64,000 bases of DNA from Candidatus Latescibacterota bacterium (lineage in GTDB: Bacteria; Latescibacterota; UBA2968): NCBI GenBank assembly GCA_047619225.1, contig JBLHJX010000004.1, positions 1,050-65,049 of the forward strand, written 5' to 3'. Below the pieces are notes generated by a model. The model had not been told where the DNA came from. It searched no databases and saw only the letters and a list, made by a program, of their open reading frames with translations. The position numbers were made by a program, and so were the translations under genes. Position 1 is the first letter of the stretch. Every line of letters starts with the position of its first letter. This document shows positions 37,401 to 47,854 of this stretch, one piece after another.

Positions 37401-38219
37401 ATGCATTACATTATGTTCACGAAACATTTAGAGGGGTATGATGTGCCCCAAATTATCGCGGCATTACAAAGTGCGGGTGTGAAAGGTGCAGATTTGTGTC
37501 TGCGTCCAGGGTACCCCGTGCATCCCGAGAATGTCGCAACCGCATTGCCCGCAGCTGCCAAACAATTTGCCGAAGCAGGGTTGGATATCCCGTTGGTGAC
37601 CACGCCGGGAGATTTTGTTACACCCGCTGTGGATTATGCCGAAACGTTGTATGCTGCCTGTGCCGAAGCGGGGGTGCGGCATATCAAATTGGGCTATTGG
37701 CACTTTAAGGCGGGTATGGACTATTGGACCGAGTTAGATGTGGTACGGGGGCATTTGGATGGGTTCCAGAAGTTGTCCGAAAAGCACGGGGTGCAAACAG
37801 TCGTGCACAATCACTCCGGGTTGTCTATGGGGCTCAATTCGTGTGCGGCCATGAATGTGGTCAAAGGCTTTGATCCCAAGCACGTGGGTATTTTTACCGA
37901 TCCGGGCCATTTATCTTTGTGTGGAGAACCGATTGAGATGGCCCTGAGCATCGTGAAAGAATATGTATCGGTATTGGCCTTCAAAGATTTGATCAAAGAA
38001 CAACGCGAGCGCAATGGCAAAACGAGCTGGGCAACCAAGGTGGTGCCATTGGGAACCGGGTTTGGTGATTTCCCTGTGCTTTTGAAAACCCTTCAAGCGA
38101 TGAATTACCAAGGGCCCATCAGTTTTCACAGCGAGTATAGCGGTGAATCACCCGAGCGGGTGGTAGAACTGGCCCGCGGTGACGTGACATTCATTGATGG
38201 ATTGTTGGCCGAAATGTAA
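37401..38219 (+). CDS. Sugar phosphate isomerase/epimerase (TIM barrel)
   Basis: HNHSG, DPGH, FKD, PLGTG, HSEY. Confidence 0.85.
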   Translation: MHYIMFTKHLEGYDVPQIIAALQSAGVKGADLCLRPGYPVHPENVATALPAAAKQFAEAGLDIPLVTTPGDFVTPAVDYAETLYAACAEAGVRHIKLGYWHFKAGMDYWTELDVVRGHLDGFQKLSEKHGVQTVVHNHSGLSMGLNSCAAMNVVKGFDPKHVGIFTDPGHLSLCGEPIEMALSIVKEYVSVLAFKDLIKEQRERNGKTSWATKVVPLGTGFGDFPVLLKTLQAMNYQGPISFHSEYSGESPERVVELARGDVTFIDGLLAEM

Positions 38220-38225
38220 TTTTGC

Positions 38226-38298
38226 GTAGGGATTCATCCCAAAGCGGTAGGGCTGTTGGGGCCTGTTGCCGTTCGTAGCGGCGGGTTTTAACCCGCCG
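38226..38298 (+). repeat. GTAG-type REP-like hairpins
   Basis: GTAGGGATTCATCCC and GTAGCGGCGGGTTTTAACCCGCCG. Confidence 0.45.
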
Positions 38299-38333
38299 TG
38301 ATTTGGTCGTGATTTGAACGTGACTTTAAATAT

Positions 38334-38369
38334 AAGAAGGCGGTGAAATTTAAATTTCACCGCCTTCTT
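38334..38369. terminator. Perfect 36-bp palindrome between convergent genes
   Basis: AAGAAGGCGGTGAAATTT|AAATTTCACCGCCTTCTT. Confidence 0.7.
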
Positions 38370-38413
38370 TATGCAATAAATAGAGTCGTTGTGACGTTAA
38401 GTAAGATAAGCCA

Positions 38414-39022
38414 TCAAGCCAAATGGCCATTTCCTCGGGTGCGTCGTTTGATTTCTTTGAGGCCCGTAAGGGCAGATTCCAAAATCTCAGTGACAATTTG
38501 TAAACGACTGTTGACAGAGGTATTTTCCAAGAGGTTTTGTTGCTGTTCTAAAGGCAGGCTGAGGTTTGCCGCTACCATATAGGAGATGAGACTGAGGTCT
38601 TCTGTAGGAGGGGGTGGTTTTGTCCATCCAATGGATAATTGGATGGCTTCTGCATAGCGTTTTTTGAGATGGTTGCCCAATTCTATGTCATAAGCTTCCG
38701 TATCATCTTCGACATTTTCAACGAATCCTGAGATGTAAGGGTGGATGTCTTGTCGGTCAAGCACCCTAAAGCGTCGTGTGCCTTCAATCATGATATTCAT
38801 TCGGCCATCGGGAAATTCTGTGATCAACTGCGTTACCCGTGCCGCACATCCAATGTCGCAAAACTGATCGTCGGTTCCCCAGATCAGACCAAATTCAGTA
38901 TCTTGCTCAAGGCATTCCCTCATCATCTGATTGTAACGTTCCTCAAAGATATGCAGAGGTACCTTGCGCGATGGCAAGAGTACCATGTCCAGTGGAAACA
39001 GAGGCAGTTCGTTATCGGCCAT
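38414..39022 (-). CDS. LON peptidase substrate-binding domain protein
   Basis: LPLFPL...LHIFEERY, DGRMNI..GTRRF, QNLLE. Confidence 0.85.
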   Translation of the reverse strand: MADNELPLFPLDMVLLPSRKVPLHIFEERYNQMMRECLEQDTEFGLIWGTDDQFCDIGCAARVTQLITEFPDGRMNIMIEGTRRFRVLDRQDIHPYISGFVENVEDDTEAYDIELGNHLKKRYAEAIQLSIGWTKPPPPTEDLSLISYMVAANLSLPLEQQQNLLENTSVNSRLQIVTEILESALTGLKEIKRRTRGNGHLA

Positions 39023-39024
39023 AA

Positions 39025-41232
39025 TTAATGAGGGGTATGAAGGTGTAAAATCCCAAAGCGGTCGGGATTGTCTGGCATGCCATAGGTTGGCGTCCAACTC
39101 CACCGATTTGTGTCTGAAACGAGTGAGGCGTTAAATCGAAGATAGGGGATGGATGCCGTTGGGTCAAGTCCAAGGTCGTTGAGACCTATGCCACCTTCCA
39201 CGATCCACGCTGTGTCCGTGATACTCTGTATGACTTGCAATGTGGGATCCAACGGTGTTTCGGTCGTGGTTGGGTAGTGGATCGCAAAAACAAAGGGTAT
39301 TTGGGGTGCGAGCGTTGTCGCAAGCGAAAATTCCAAATGCTGGGGTGGGTGGGTGCTGTTTTTGGGCATTTGGATGGCAAAAAGGAGATGGGTTTCATTT
39401 CGCGTGACGTAGATTTCTATCCCCTGATAGATTTGGCCCATATGCGCATCGTCTACAAAGTGGTCCATATGCGCGCTGCCTTTCCATTCTTCTTTTGAGA
39501 AGAGCCCATCTAGGAGCGGCAATGCACCTTCGTCGTGTACTTCTGGGCGGTTGGGATAATGGTCTTGTTGCGGGAAAAAAGTTTGAAGCACACGAAATGC
39601 TGCGTTCTTGAGCGGGCTGGGTGCTGCATTGTTGTAAATCTTTTCAATATCATTTAAGACACGCTCATCGCCTATGGCGCCCAATATCTCCAAGCTGGTG
39701 ATGTGACCTGTATATGCCGAATCTCGCAAGGATTTGATCACTTTAAAATTTCGGGTGCCCATTTCTACCAATTTTGCTGTGGCTGCCGATGCGATTCCAA
39801 ATTTGGGTGTGCGTGTTGCGTGAATCAGGCTCTGATAGAGGGTTTGGTCTGTATGGGCTGGATCTAACGCTTGTATGAGATAGGTACGTGCGTGGGCATC
39901 TACAAGGTCGATCCGGTCTTTCAACTGCGTCGCACTTTGAAACGGTGTGTATTGAAGCAACATGCGAGCGGCATAGGTTTGGATGGCTGGATCTGGATCG
40001 GATAAGAGTTGAAGCAAGTGGCCAGATAATGTGGATTCGTTTTGCATCACACGCAAAAAAGCAGCCCCCAAACGCACCTGTGGAAAGGGTGATTCTGAGA
40101 GGGCTTCGATGAGGGGGTTCGATAAGATATCGGTACGGCTTTCAAGTGCCATGGTCATTGCAAAGCGGGTTTGCTCGTGGCTGATATATTCTGCCAAGAT
40201 CCGGGCTTGTGATTCAATGGGCAAAGAGGTAAGGGATTCAACAACACTGTTCCACGTAAGATGCAAGGGCAGGTGTTCAAAAGAAAGGTCCATAGGCTCT
40301 GGATCGAATTCTGGTGCAAAGAAGATCGGTGATGTTCGTGTGTGGTGGGATTCCGTTTGGAATTCTGCCCTTAAATAGCGTTTGTCGGTTAGCGCTATTT
40401 GTAAGCGGGTTGAAAAGGTGTTTGTGTTTGGTGTGGTAGACCAAATCACTTGGCCATTTGCTATGAGTCGTATCGATTGGATGGGTTCGCGTGCGGTTGC
40501 CAAAAGGCGGATGCTCACTTGGGCTCCGGGCAAAACGACAGAACCTGGAATATGCTCGTCTACTCGAAAGTCTGCCACAATGCCATTTGCTTCTGCTACG
40601 ACGGTGGCCATATTGTTAAAGCCAGCAAAAAGATGGTGGGGTTGTGTGGTTTCTGCCCAGACATAGGTGTGAGATATGGACGAGCCCACAATCCCAATGC
40701 GATGCCCAAGGGTGAGCAACCTATCCCATTTGCCGCCCATTTCGCAATCAGAGTGCCAACCTTTTGTGTCAAGCGCTTGAAATAAGGTGGTGTGGTTAGG
40801 CAACATGTGTGGGTGCTGTAAGAGATCCGGCAAAGCGGTGACAATTGCAATTCCGCCTTGTGATGTTGCCCATTGGTTTAGTTCTTCTGGTGTGGTTTTG
40901 GGAATGGGGCTGCGTGGATCAACACCTATGCAGACGACTGTATGCGTGGGATCAAGCATAACTGCTGTACCCAAAATAGGGGTGCACGCAGTGGGGGCGT
41001 TAAATTCTTCTTCACGTAGAAAGTCTGCCAATCCTACAAAGTGACCTTCGGCAGGGGGGGCATAAAAAATGCGGTAGTCTAACTGTGTGTCTGAGGCTGC
41101 TTGGAAGTGATGGGCAAGTTGATCTGGAGGGTAGAGGGTGTATGAAACAAGGTCTCCTGCATACCAATTCCACGAGGCAGAACAGGGGTGTGCCAAAAGA
41201 ACAAGAAAAGCAATGAGAGTGTACTGTTTCAT
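39025..41232 (-). CDS. Secreted multidomain protein: degenerate PHP, HEAT repeats, CBM9-like domain
   Basis: Signal peptide; WYAGDL, WDRLL..G.RI; HEAT-like LLSDPDPAIQTYAA; LDG...EEW. Confidence 0.55.
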   Translation of the reverse strand: MKQYTLIAFLVLLAHPCSASWNWYAGDLVSYTLYPPDQLAHHFQAASDTQLDYRIFYAPPAEGHFVGLADFLREEEFNAPTACTPILGTAVMLDPTHTVVCIGVDPRSPIPKTTPEELNQWATSQGGIAIVTALPDLLQHPHMLPNHTTLFQALDTKGWHSDCEMGGKWDRLLTLGHRIGIVGSSISHTYVWAETTQPHHLFAGFNNMATVVAEANGIVADFRVDEHIPGSVVLPGAQVSIRLLATAREPIQSIRLIANGQVIWSTTPNTNTFSTRLQIALTDKRYLRAEFQTESHHTRTSPIFFAPEFDPEPMDLSFEHLPLHLTWNSVVESLTSLPIESQARILAEYISHEQTRFAMTMALESRTDILSNPLIEALSESPFPQVRLGAAFLRVMQNESTLSGHLLQLLSDPDPAIQTYAARMLLQYTPFQSATQLKDRIDLVDAHARTYLIQALDPAHTDQTLYQSLIHATRTPKFGIASAATAKLVEMGTRNFKVIKSLRDSAYTGHITSLEILGAIGDERVLNDIEKIYNNAAPSPLKNAAFRVLQTFFPQQDHYPNRPEVHDEGALPLLDGLFSKEEWKGSAHMDHFVDDAHMGQIYQGIEIYVTRNETHLLFAIQMPKNSTHPPQHLEFSLATTLAPQIPFVFAIHYPTTTETPLDPTLQVIQSITDTAWIVEGGIGLNDLGLDPTASIPYLRFNASLVSDTNRWSWTPTYGMPDNPDRFGILHLHTPH

Positions 41233-41338
41233 GACATTTTTGGTAGGGTTACATCAATCGTGATATAAGAAAAAAGAATCCAGAAGTTAATGGGCAAGCT
41301 TCTGGATTCTATATTTTTTAGGAGAATACTTTGGTCGC

Positions 41339-42247
41339 TTACTTTGTTGGTATAAAAGGTTCTTTTCCGGCACCGTCAAGCAACACATCAAGCAGCTTCT
41401 GCGTTGCAACAGATAAACTGCGTCCTTTGCGATACAAGATACCCAATGGACGCACAAAACCTTTGTCTTCAAGGGGCGAATAACTGAGGGTATCGCGCTC
41501 GAGTTCTTCCTCTATTGAGTTGAGCGGTACAATAGAAATCCCAATGTCCACTTCAACAGCATGTTTCATGGTCGCAATGTGATCCAGCTCCATGACGACA
41601 TTGGGGCGCACATTGTGCTTGCGGAAGAAGCGATCAATGGCTTTGCGTGTGGGGGTTTCTTGGGTGAATAGAATGAGGGGATATTCGGCCAAGTCTTTGG
41701 CCTCAACACGGCCTTTTTGTGCCAACGCATGGTCTGGCGGCGTGATAACAACCATTTCGTTTTCTGTAAATTCGATCACGTCTACGTTTCGTTGGGCACG
41801 TGGGTAAGGTACAATGCCCAAATCAATTTCACTGCTGCTGACGTCGTCATAAATCTTTTGAGCTTGGTCATATTGCAATCGGAAGTTGACTCGGGGAAAG
41901 GCTTTAAGATAAGACTTGAGGTAAGGGGCCAATTCGAGCATCCCGACGCTATAGATAGATGCCAATCGCACCGTGCCGGATACCACACCGCCCAAGGCTT
42001 GGATGCGGTGTTCCATTTCTTCATATCGGCGCACAATTTCACGCGCATACCGATAAAAGATTTCACCTTCTGCTGTGAGGGTCAATCGGCGTTTTTCGCG
42101 CTCGATAAGTTGTTTCCCTTGCCGTTTCTCGATGCTCTTGAGCTGTTGGCTCACTGCCGATTGGGTAACGGAATTGAGTACTGCCGTTTTGGAAAAGCTC
42201 TGTGTTTCCACTAAGTCGCAAAAGACTTTCAAACTTGCAATAAGCAC
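41339..42247 (-). CDS. LysR-family regulator
   Basis: SFSKTA...TQSAVSQQLKSIE HTH plus substrate-binding domain. Confidence 0.92.
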   Translation of the reverse strand: MLIASLKVFCDLVETQSFSKTAVLNSVTQSAVSQQLKSIEKRQGKQLIEREKRRLTLTAEGEIFYRYAREIVRRYEEMEHRIQALGGVVSGTVRLASIYSVGMLELAPYLKSYLKAFPRVNFRLQYDQAQKIYDDVSSSEIDLGIVPYPRAQRNVDVIEFTENEMVVITPPDHALAQKGRVEAKDLAEYPLILFTQETPTRKAIDRFFRKHNVRPNVVMELDHIATMKHAVEVDIGISIVPLNSIEEELERDTLSYSPLEDKGFVRPLGILYRKGRSLSVATQKLLDVLLDGAGKEPFIPTK

Positions 42248-42250
42248 GGG

Positions 42251-43060
42251 TTAATCTCCGATTTGAGGAGGGTGATCAATAGGGCCAACATGCCTGTGAT
42301 GTTTGCGTATGCGAACCAGGTCTATTGTATTTCGCACAATGCTTTCGATAATCTTGGTGCGGGTATCGTGATCACTGGACCATCTGACAGGAATTTCTTT
42401 TACCTGAAAACCCAAACGATGTGCCAGAAAGAGTATTTCGGCATCAAACATAAACCGCTCAATAATCTGGCGTGAGAAAATTTCGTGTGCTGCCTTGTGC
42501 GTGAAAAATTTAAATCCGCATTGCGTGTCTTTGTACTGTCTCAATATTGGAAGCAAGGTGTGAATGTATTTATTGAAAATCAAAGAACCAAGTCGCCGAT
42601 AGAGTTTGGGTTGTTGCGCAATCTCGGTTCCCGACATCTTTCGAGAGCCGATGACAATTTGTTTGTCTGCGTCTAAGTGTGCAAGGGCGTCAGATGCACA
42701 GGTAATGTCTGTTTTGTAGTCGGCATCCATAAATCCGATATAATGTCCAACTGCCTGTAAGACACCCACTTTGAGTGCATGCCCCTTACCTTGATTGGGA
42801 GACACGCGAACAATACGGATGCAGGGATGTTGTTTTGCAAATGTCTCTGCAGTGTCTGCTGTGTGATCGGTGCTGCCATCATCAACGACTATGAGTTCCC
42901 ACGTATAAGATTGGGACTCGAGGTAAGTGACTGTTTTTTCGAGGGTAAATTCGATTCGTTGCGCTTCATTGTAGGCCGGAACGACTAGGGATAGGTGGGG
43001 TGGTGATTGTTCTTGAGAAGGCATCTTTGGTGTTTGTCCTTGGGCCTCCTCTTGTTCCAT
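42251..43060 (-). CDS. GT2 polyprenol-phosphate glycosyltransferase
   Basis: VVPAYNE, VDDGSTD, NQGKG, MDAD, DTQCGFK. Confidence 0.88.
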   Translation of the reverse strand: MEQEEAQGQTPKMPSQEQSPPHLSLVVPAYNEAQRIEFTLEKTVTYLESQSYTWELIVVDDGSTDHTADTAETFAKQHPCIRIVRVSPNQGKGHALKVGVLQAVGHYIGFMDADYKTDITCASDALAHLDADKQIVIGSRKMSGTEIAQQPKLYRRLGSLIFNKYIHTLLPILRQYKDTQCGFKFFTHKAAHEIFSRQIIERFMFDAEILFLAHRLGFQVKEIPVRWSSDHDTRTKIIESIVRNTIDLVRIRKHHRHVGPIDHPPQIGD

Positions 43061-43316
43061 ATCGTTCTTCTTTCCCGAGGAAAAATTATAAGAACAAATA
43101 AACTTCAAGCGTAAAAATATAAGATTTACGAAACTGTGTCAATAGAAAAAGGGGTCACGGAAAAGGGTCAAAATGGGTTAAAAAAAGTCAATTGAAACCG
43201 TGAATTTTAACAAAACAGCAGGGGGTGGTTTCTGGTTAAATAGTGGAAAACCCTTGTTAGAACAAAGGGAAAATCTTATCTTATTTAGATATTAACGTTT
43301 TAAGAAAGGCAATGTT

Positions 43317-44210
43317 ATGAACTGGTTTAACAAGCTTAAATCAGGCATCCAAACGCTCGTGCGGCGAAAGATGCCTGATAATCTCTGGGTCCAATGCGAG
43401 CGCTGCCATCAAACTGTTTACCGCAAGCAGTTGGAACAAAATTCGGGAATTTGCAACCATTGTGGCCATCACTTTAGAATTCCCTGCCACGACTATCTCA
43501 ACGTGATCTTAGATGAAGGGTCCTTTGAAGAGATCGCATCTGAAGTTGTTGGGGCCGATGCATTGGGGTTTGTCGATCGCGTGCCTTACAAAGATCGGCT
43601 AAAGGACTTTCGCAAGCGTACGGGATTGGGTGCGGCAGTTTTGACTGGCATTGGACGTATAAATAATATGTCGGTTGGTGTCGGCATTCACGAAATGGCG
43701 TTTATCGGTGGGTCCTTGGGGTCTGCTGAGGGTGAGCGTATTTGTCGGCTCATCGATCGGTGTATGACAGATCGGTTGCCCCTTATCTTGGTGTGTCGGT
43801 CGGGTGGGGCCCGAATGCAAGAGAGCATTTTGTCATTGATGCAAATGGCCAAAGTGAACACAAAGCTTTCACAATTTTCAGATGCAGGGTTGCTTTACAT
43901 TGCGGTTTTGATCGACCCGACCACAGCAGGGGTGTCTGCAAGTTATGCGTCTGTCGGTGATATTCACATTGCAGAACCCAATGCCCTCATTGGCTTTACT
44001 GGCGAACGCATCACAGGCAGTTCTGTGGGGGCCGACGAAATGGAATTGTTACGGCAAGCCCAGCGTGCCGAAAAGGTGTTGGAACATGGTTTTGTCGATA
44101 TGATTGTGCCGCGCACAGAAATGAAAGAGACTCTGAGTCAGGTGCTCAATATGCTGAGTGGTCAGCCAAAGTTGCTCACTGAGGGAGATCATTCGGAGGT
44201 GCAAGTATGA
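43317..44210 (+). CDS. accD: Acetyl-CoA carboxylase carboxyltransferase beta
   Basis: Zn finger, FIGGSLG, SGGARMQE, PTTAGVSASY. Confidence 0.95.
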   Translation: MNWFNKLKSGIQTLVRRKMPDNLWVQCERCHQTVYRKQLEQNSGICNHCGHHFRIPCHDYLNVILDEGSFEEIASEVVGADALGFVDRVPYKDRLKDFRKRTGLGAAVLTGIGRINNMSVGVGIHEMAFIGGSLGSAEGERICRLIDRCMTDRLPLILVCRSGGARMQESILSLMQMAKVNTKLSQFSDAGLLYIAVLIDPTTAGVSASYASVGDIHIAEPNALIGFTGERITGSSVGADEMELLRQAQRAEKVLEHGFVDMIVPRTEMKETLSQVLNMLSGQPKLLTEGDHSEVQV

Positions 44211-44641
44211 AAATTCTCGTATTACAAGGCCCCAATATCAATATGCTTGGGCGGCGTAAGACTGAGCACTATGGTACGGTCACAATGGACGAGATTCACA
44301 ATTTAATGGCTGACAAAGCCAACGTATTGGATTGTGAACTCGACTTTTTTCAGTCTAATCACGAGGGTGCACTGGTTGATAAAGTGCAAGAAACAAGAGA
44401 TGCAATTGATGGCATCATTATGAACCCCGCAGGTTTAACCACTTCGAGTGTTTCACTTCGCGATGCCATTGAAGACAGCCATTTGCCTTTGGTGGAAGTC
44501 CATCTGTCAAATATTCATGCGCGCGAAGAATGGCGGCGCCATTCTATGTTTTCCGAAATTGCTGTGGGGATCGTTGCTGGGTTTCGGTGGCGTGGATATG
44601 TGGCGGCTTTGGAGATGTTGGTGGGGGTTTTAAGGGATTAG
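44207..44641 (+). CDS. aroQ: Type II 3-dehydroquinate dehydratase
   Basis: GPNINMLGRR, QSNHEG, EVHLSNIHARE. Confidence 0.95.
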   Translation: MKILVLQGPNINMLGRRKTEHYGTVTMDEIHNLMADKANVLDCELDFFQSNHEGALVDKVQETRDAIDGIIMNPAGLTTSSVSLRDAIEDSHLPLVEVHLSNIHAREEWRRHSMFSEIAVGIVAGFRWRGYVAALEMLVGVLRD

Positions 44642-44676
44642 GTTGGATTTGTTTGTCATGGGTAACTTGGATGTGT

Positions 44677-44708
44677 AGAAACGCCGACTTCTTTGAGTCG
44701 GCGTTTCT
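44677..44708. terminator. Terminator hairpin between convergent genes
   Basis: AGAAACGCCGACT / AGTCGGCGTTTCT. Confidence 0.7.
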
Positions 44709-44756
44709 TATTATGGGAATTCAAGTTGGGGGCATAACACAAAGGGTTTTAGCAGG

Positions 44757-45485
44757 TTACTCTGTGTAGAGGTGCAGGGCACGAATGCTTTCTATGATTG
44801 CTTTGGGCACAAGGTGTTCGATCGATTCATTGGATTTGATATTGCTTCTGACCTTTGTCGAAGAGATGTCGGTCACAGCTTGAGGCAACAAAATAGGGTG
44901 TATTCTATTTGCAAAAGGCTGAACGTCTTCTTTTTGCAAAAAAACATCTAAGGTGTGCCGATCATTTTCTCCACGGTTGGCTGCAATGAAATGACAGGTT
45001 TCAAACAATGTTTGTAGGTCTGATTGCATGTCTTCATAATACTTTGGATCAAAGAGTCGGATGAGGGTATCATATCCCACAATAAAGAAGAATTGGGTAT
45101 TGGCGGGGTAGCAGGGTTTGAGGGCAATGATTTTGTCGACAAATCGGGCATGGCTACAGATGGCCACAGATAGGTTGTTGTGTTGTTGGGCATAATGGAC
45201 AAGCATCGCCAATCGTTGGCCTAAGTCAGCGCCAGAAGGGTTCTTGTCAACATTCGTAGCCGATAACATAAGAAGCATTTCATCTAAAATGCATGCGTCC
45301 TTGGCTGTTTTTATGAGTGCTTGATGGGCCAAGGTCATGGGGTTGAAGGATGCATCAAGAATGCCAATTTGCGTGCTGTGGGAATCTCGATCACGGTGGA
45401 TGAGTTGGGCAGTTGGCGGGCCATCGGGATTGAGTTGGTGGATGAGGTTTTGGAAGTGAGTGCATGTTTGCTTATCTAGAGGCAT
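44757..45485 (-). CDS. Nicotinamide/nicotinate-nucleotide adenylyltransferase (Pof1-like)
   Basis: ASFNPMTLAH, VGYDTLIRLFDPKYY, ISSTKVR. Confidence 0.8.
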   Translation of the reverse strand: MPLDKQTCTHFQNLIHQLNPDGPPTAQLIHRDRDSHSTQIGILDASFNPMTLAHQALIKTAKDACILDEMLLMLSATNVDKNPSGADLGQRLAMLVHYAQQHNNLSVAICSHARFVDKIIALKPCYPANTQFFFIVGYDTLIRLFDPKYYEDMQSDLQTLFETCHFIAANRGENDRHTLDVFLQKEDVQPFANRIHPILLPQAVTDISSTKVRSNIKSNESIEHLVPKAIIESIRALHLYTE

Positions 45486-45684
45486 TTGTATTATTTCCTG
45501 CGGTTAGATGGGCTTGTAATTTATCTTGACTTAGATGGGTGTGGTACTTTCATTGTGGCATGATAACAAAAAAACCCATTCAATACTTCAAGGTTTTTTT
45601 CACCTACACGTGAAGGCTTTTGAATACCACGTGTCATTTTCTTTACACAGGGCTTCCTGTGTGATTTTTTGAGGAGGAAGGGTT

Positions 45685-46548
45685 ATGCATGTAGGGATGC
45701 GGATTCCGCCCATGGGGCGGGACATGGGGTTGGCTGGCACGATTCAGTGGGCCGCTGACAATGGTTTGGGATCGATTGATTTGCCAGATGTGGATCGTGA
45801 AACGCGCAAATTATGTGACACTGCAGGCATTGGCATTGGTACAGTCGATTGGGGGGCCGGTGGTGGTTTGCTGAGCAAAAATGGTACGGTGCGACGCAAA
45901 GCCATTTCGATTATGAAAAAACGGATTCAGGCGACCGCCAAATATGGCTCAGGGGTTGTGTTTTTATGTTTAAATCCCGATGATCGACTGCAAACGCGTG
46001 CTGAAACGTTTGAAATCTTCAAAAAGGTATATCCCGACATTATTAAGGTGGCCGAAAAAGAAGGTGTGCATTTGGCCATAGAACCCTATCCCGGTCCAGC
46101 ACCTGGTTATCCCAATTTGGGATGTACACCAGAGACATTGCGCGCCGTGTTTGAGGTGGTGCCTTCGCCTCATATGGGCATCTGTTATGACCCGTCTCAC
46201 TTTGCACGTATTGGGGTCGATTATCAACGTTTGTTAATGGAATTTGGCGACCGCGTGCGACATGTCCATGCAAAAGATACGGAACTGTTAAGCGATGGTT
46301 TGTACGATTATGGTCGGTTGGGTCAGAGTTTTGGGCGTCGGCATTCACACGGTGAAGGCTGGTGGCGATATTGTATTCCGGGTTGGGGCATGGTCGATTG
46401 GAAATGGGTGGTAGCTCGTCTTGAAGACTTGGGGTATGATGGTCCCTTGGCCATTGAGTTAGAAGATCATCGCTACAATGGCAGCAACGAAAAGAATGCT
46501 GAAGGGGTTTTGGCCGCGAAGGCTTACTTGGAAGGCATTATTCGGTAG
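45685..46548 (+). CDS. Sugar phosphate isomerase/epimerase
   Basis: YDPSH, HVHAKD, PGWG, IELED. Confidence 0.88.
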   Translation: MHVGMRIPPMGRDMGLAGTIQWAADNGLGSIDLPDVDRETRKLCDTAGIGIGTVDWGAGGGLLSKNGTVRRKAISIMKKRIQATAKYGSGVVFLCLNPDDRLQTRAETFEIFKKVYPDIIKVAEKEGVHLAIEPYPGPAPGYPNLGCTPETLRAVFEVVPSPHMGICYDPSHFARIGVDYQRLLMEFGDRVRHVHAKDTELLSDGLYDYGRLGQSFGRRHSHGEGWWRYCIPGWGMVDWKWVVARLEDLGYDGPLAIELEDHRYNGSNEKNAEGVLAAKAYLEGIIR

Positions 46549-46646
46549 TGTTTATTAGGTAGGTTTTATGTTTGACTGATGTTACAATGGGCGAGCGTGG
46601 TTAATCTGCGCTCGTCTTTTTTGTTTTTAGTTCTCCCATCCTGTTC

Positions 46647-47828
46647 TTAAACCATTGCGACGGCAGGCAAGGTCTCTGGTGCTTTGTTTTCGGTTCTTAT
46701 TGCCTGAAATGTGAGCGTGAAACACGTACCTTTGCCAGGTTGGCTGTCAACTTTAATGGTCCCCGCATGAGTGTGAACAATCCGCGAGACAATTCCCAAT
46801 CCCAATCCATTGCCGTTTTCACCTTTGGTCGTAAAAAAGGGCTCAAAGATGTGGTTCTGTACGCTTTCTGCCATGCCAATACCTGTGTCAATAACCTGCA
46901 GCTGAATGGTGTCTTCGTCGTGGGTAGTGACCAAACTTAGGCGTCCACCTTGTGGCATTGCATCAATGCCGTTGAGTATGAGATTGGTGAGTGCTTCCCT
47001 AATTTCTCCAGGATTACCCTTAATGAGGGGAAGGGTACTCAGTTGGGTATCTATTTCGATGGGATGCGCTGTTGAGATCTGGCTTCTTCCCCAAACGGGC
47101 TCCGTCATTTCAAGGGTTTCTTTTACAAGGTCATTGAGGTTGAATACCTGAGTGGGGTTTTTGCTTGTACGAACGAAATTTTGAATACTTCTCGTGAGTC
47201 GGGCACCATCTTCGCCTGCTTTTAAGATGGTGAGTGCGCGGTGTTGTAATTTGGGGTCATCCAATTCATTGAGGAGGAGTTCCACATGTCCGTTCATGAT
47301 GGTCAGCACATTGTTAAATTGGTGAATGACACCATTGGCGATTTCTCCCAGTGTATAGAGGCGTTCTAATTTCTGTGTTTTCTCTACTGAAAGTGTGGGC
47401 GTTAAATGGGTGACGAGTGGTTGTGCAATGGGTTGGGTGGGTGGAGACGATGCATTGTATAATGTGTCCCGTAACATTTTGATGACCATTCTGGGGTCCA
47501 TAAGGGGTTTGCGAAAGATGAGGGAGACCTGGGCTTGGTTGAGGGCAGACACAATCTGATCCATATCTGCACTGGCATTGAGAATGAGCGCGCGTTTGCC
47601 GGTATGCAAACAGTCGATATCTTTGAGGAGCGCGATGGCAGATTGTTCTGAGATATCTTGGTCAATCACAACAAGTGAAACCTGCTGGGTTTGAAGATAG
47701 GCCATTGCTTCTGTCGCTGTGTGAAGGTGTTTGACCCGACACTGCAATACGGTGGCTGTGGCTTCAAAAATGGCTGCGATTGTGGGTGATGGTGTTAACA
47801 AAAGGATGGTCTGAAAAGTCATGGCCAC
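46647..47828 (-). CDS. Receiver + histidine kinase hybrid
   Basis: HQFNN, NGIDAM, DTGIGM, FEPFFTTK, GLGLG. Confidence 0.9.
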   Translation of the reverse strand: MAMTFQTILLLTPSPTIAAIFEATATVLQCRVKHLHTATEAMAYLQTQQVSLVVIDQDISEQSAIALLKDIDCLHTGKRALILNASADMDQIVSALNQAQVSLIFRKPLMDPRMVIKMLRDTLYNASSPPTQPIAQPLVTHLTPTLSVEKTQKLERLYTLGEIANGVIHQFNNVLTIMNGHVELLLNELDDPKLQHRALTILKAGEDGARLTRSIQNFVRTSKNPTQVFNLNDLVKETLEMTEPVWGRSQISTAHPIEIDTQLSTLPLIKGNPGEIREALTNLILNGIDAMPQGGRLSLVTTHDEDTIQLQVIDTGIGMAESVQNHIFEPFFTTKGENGNGLGLGIVSRIVHTHAGTIKVDSQPGKGTCFTLTFQAIRTENKAPETLPAVAMV

Positions 47829-47854
47829 CTCGGGGAGAGAGTGTTGGGGAGAAT

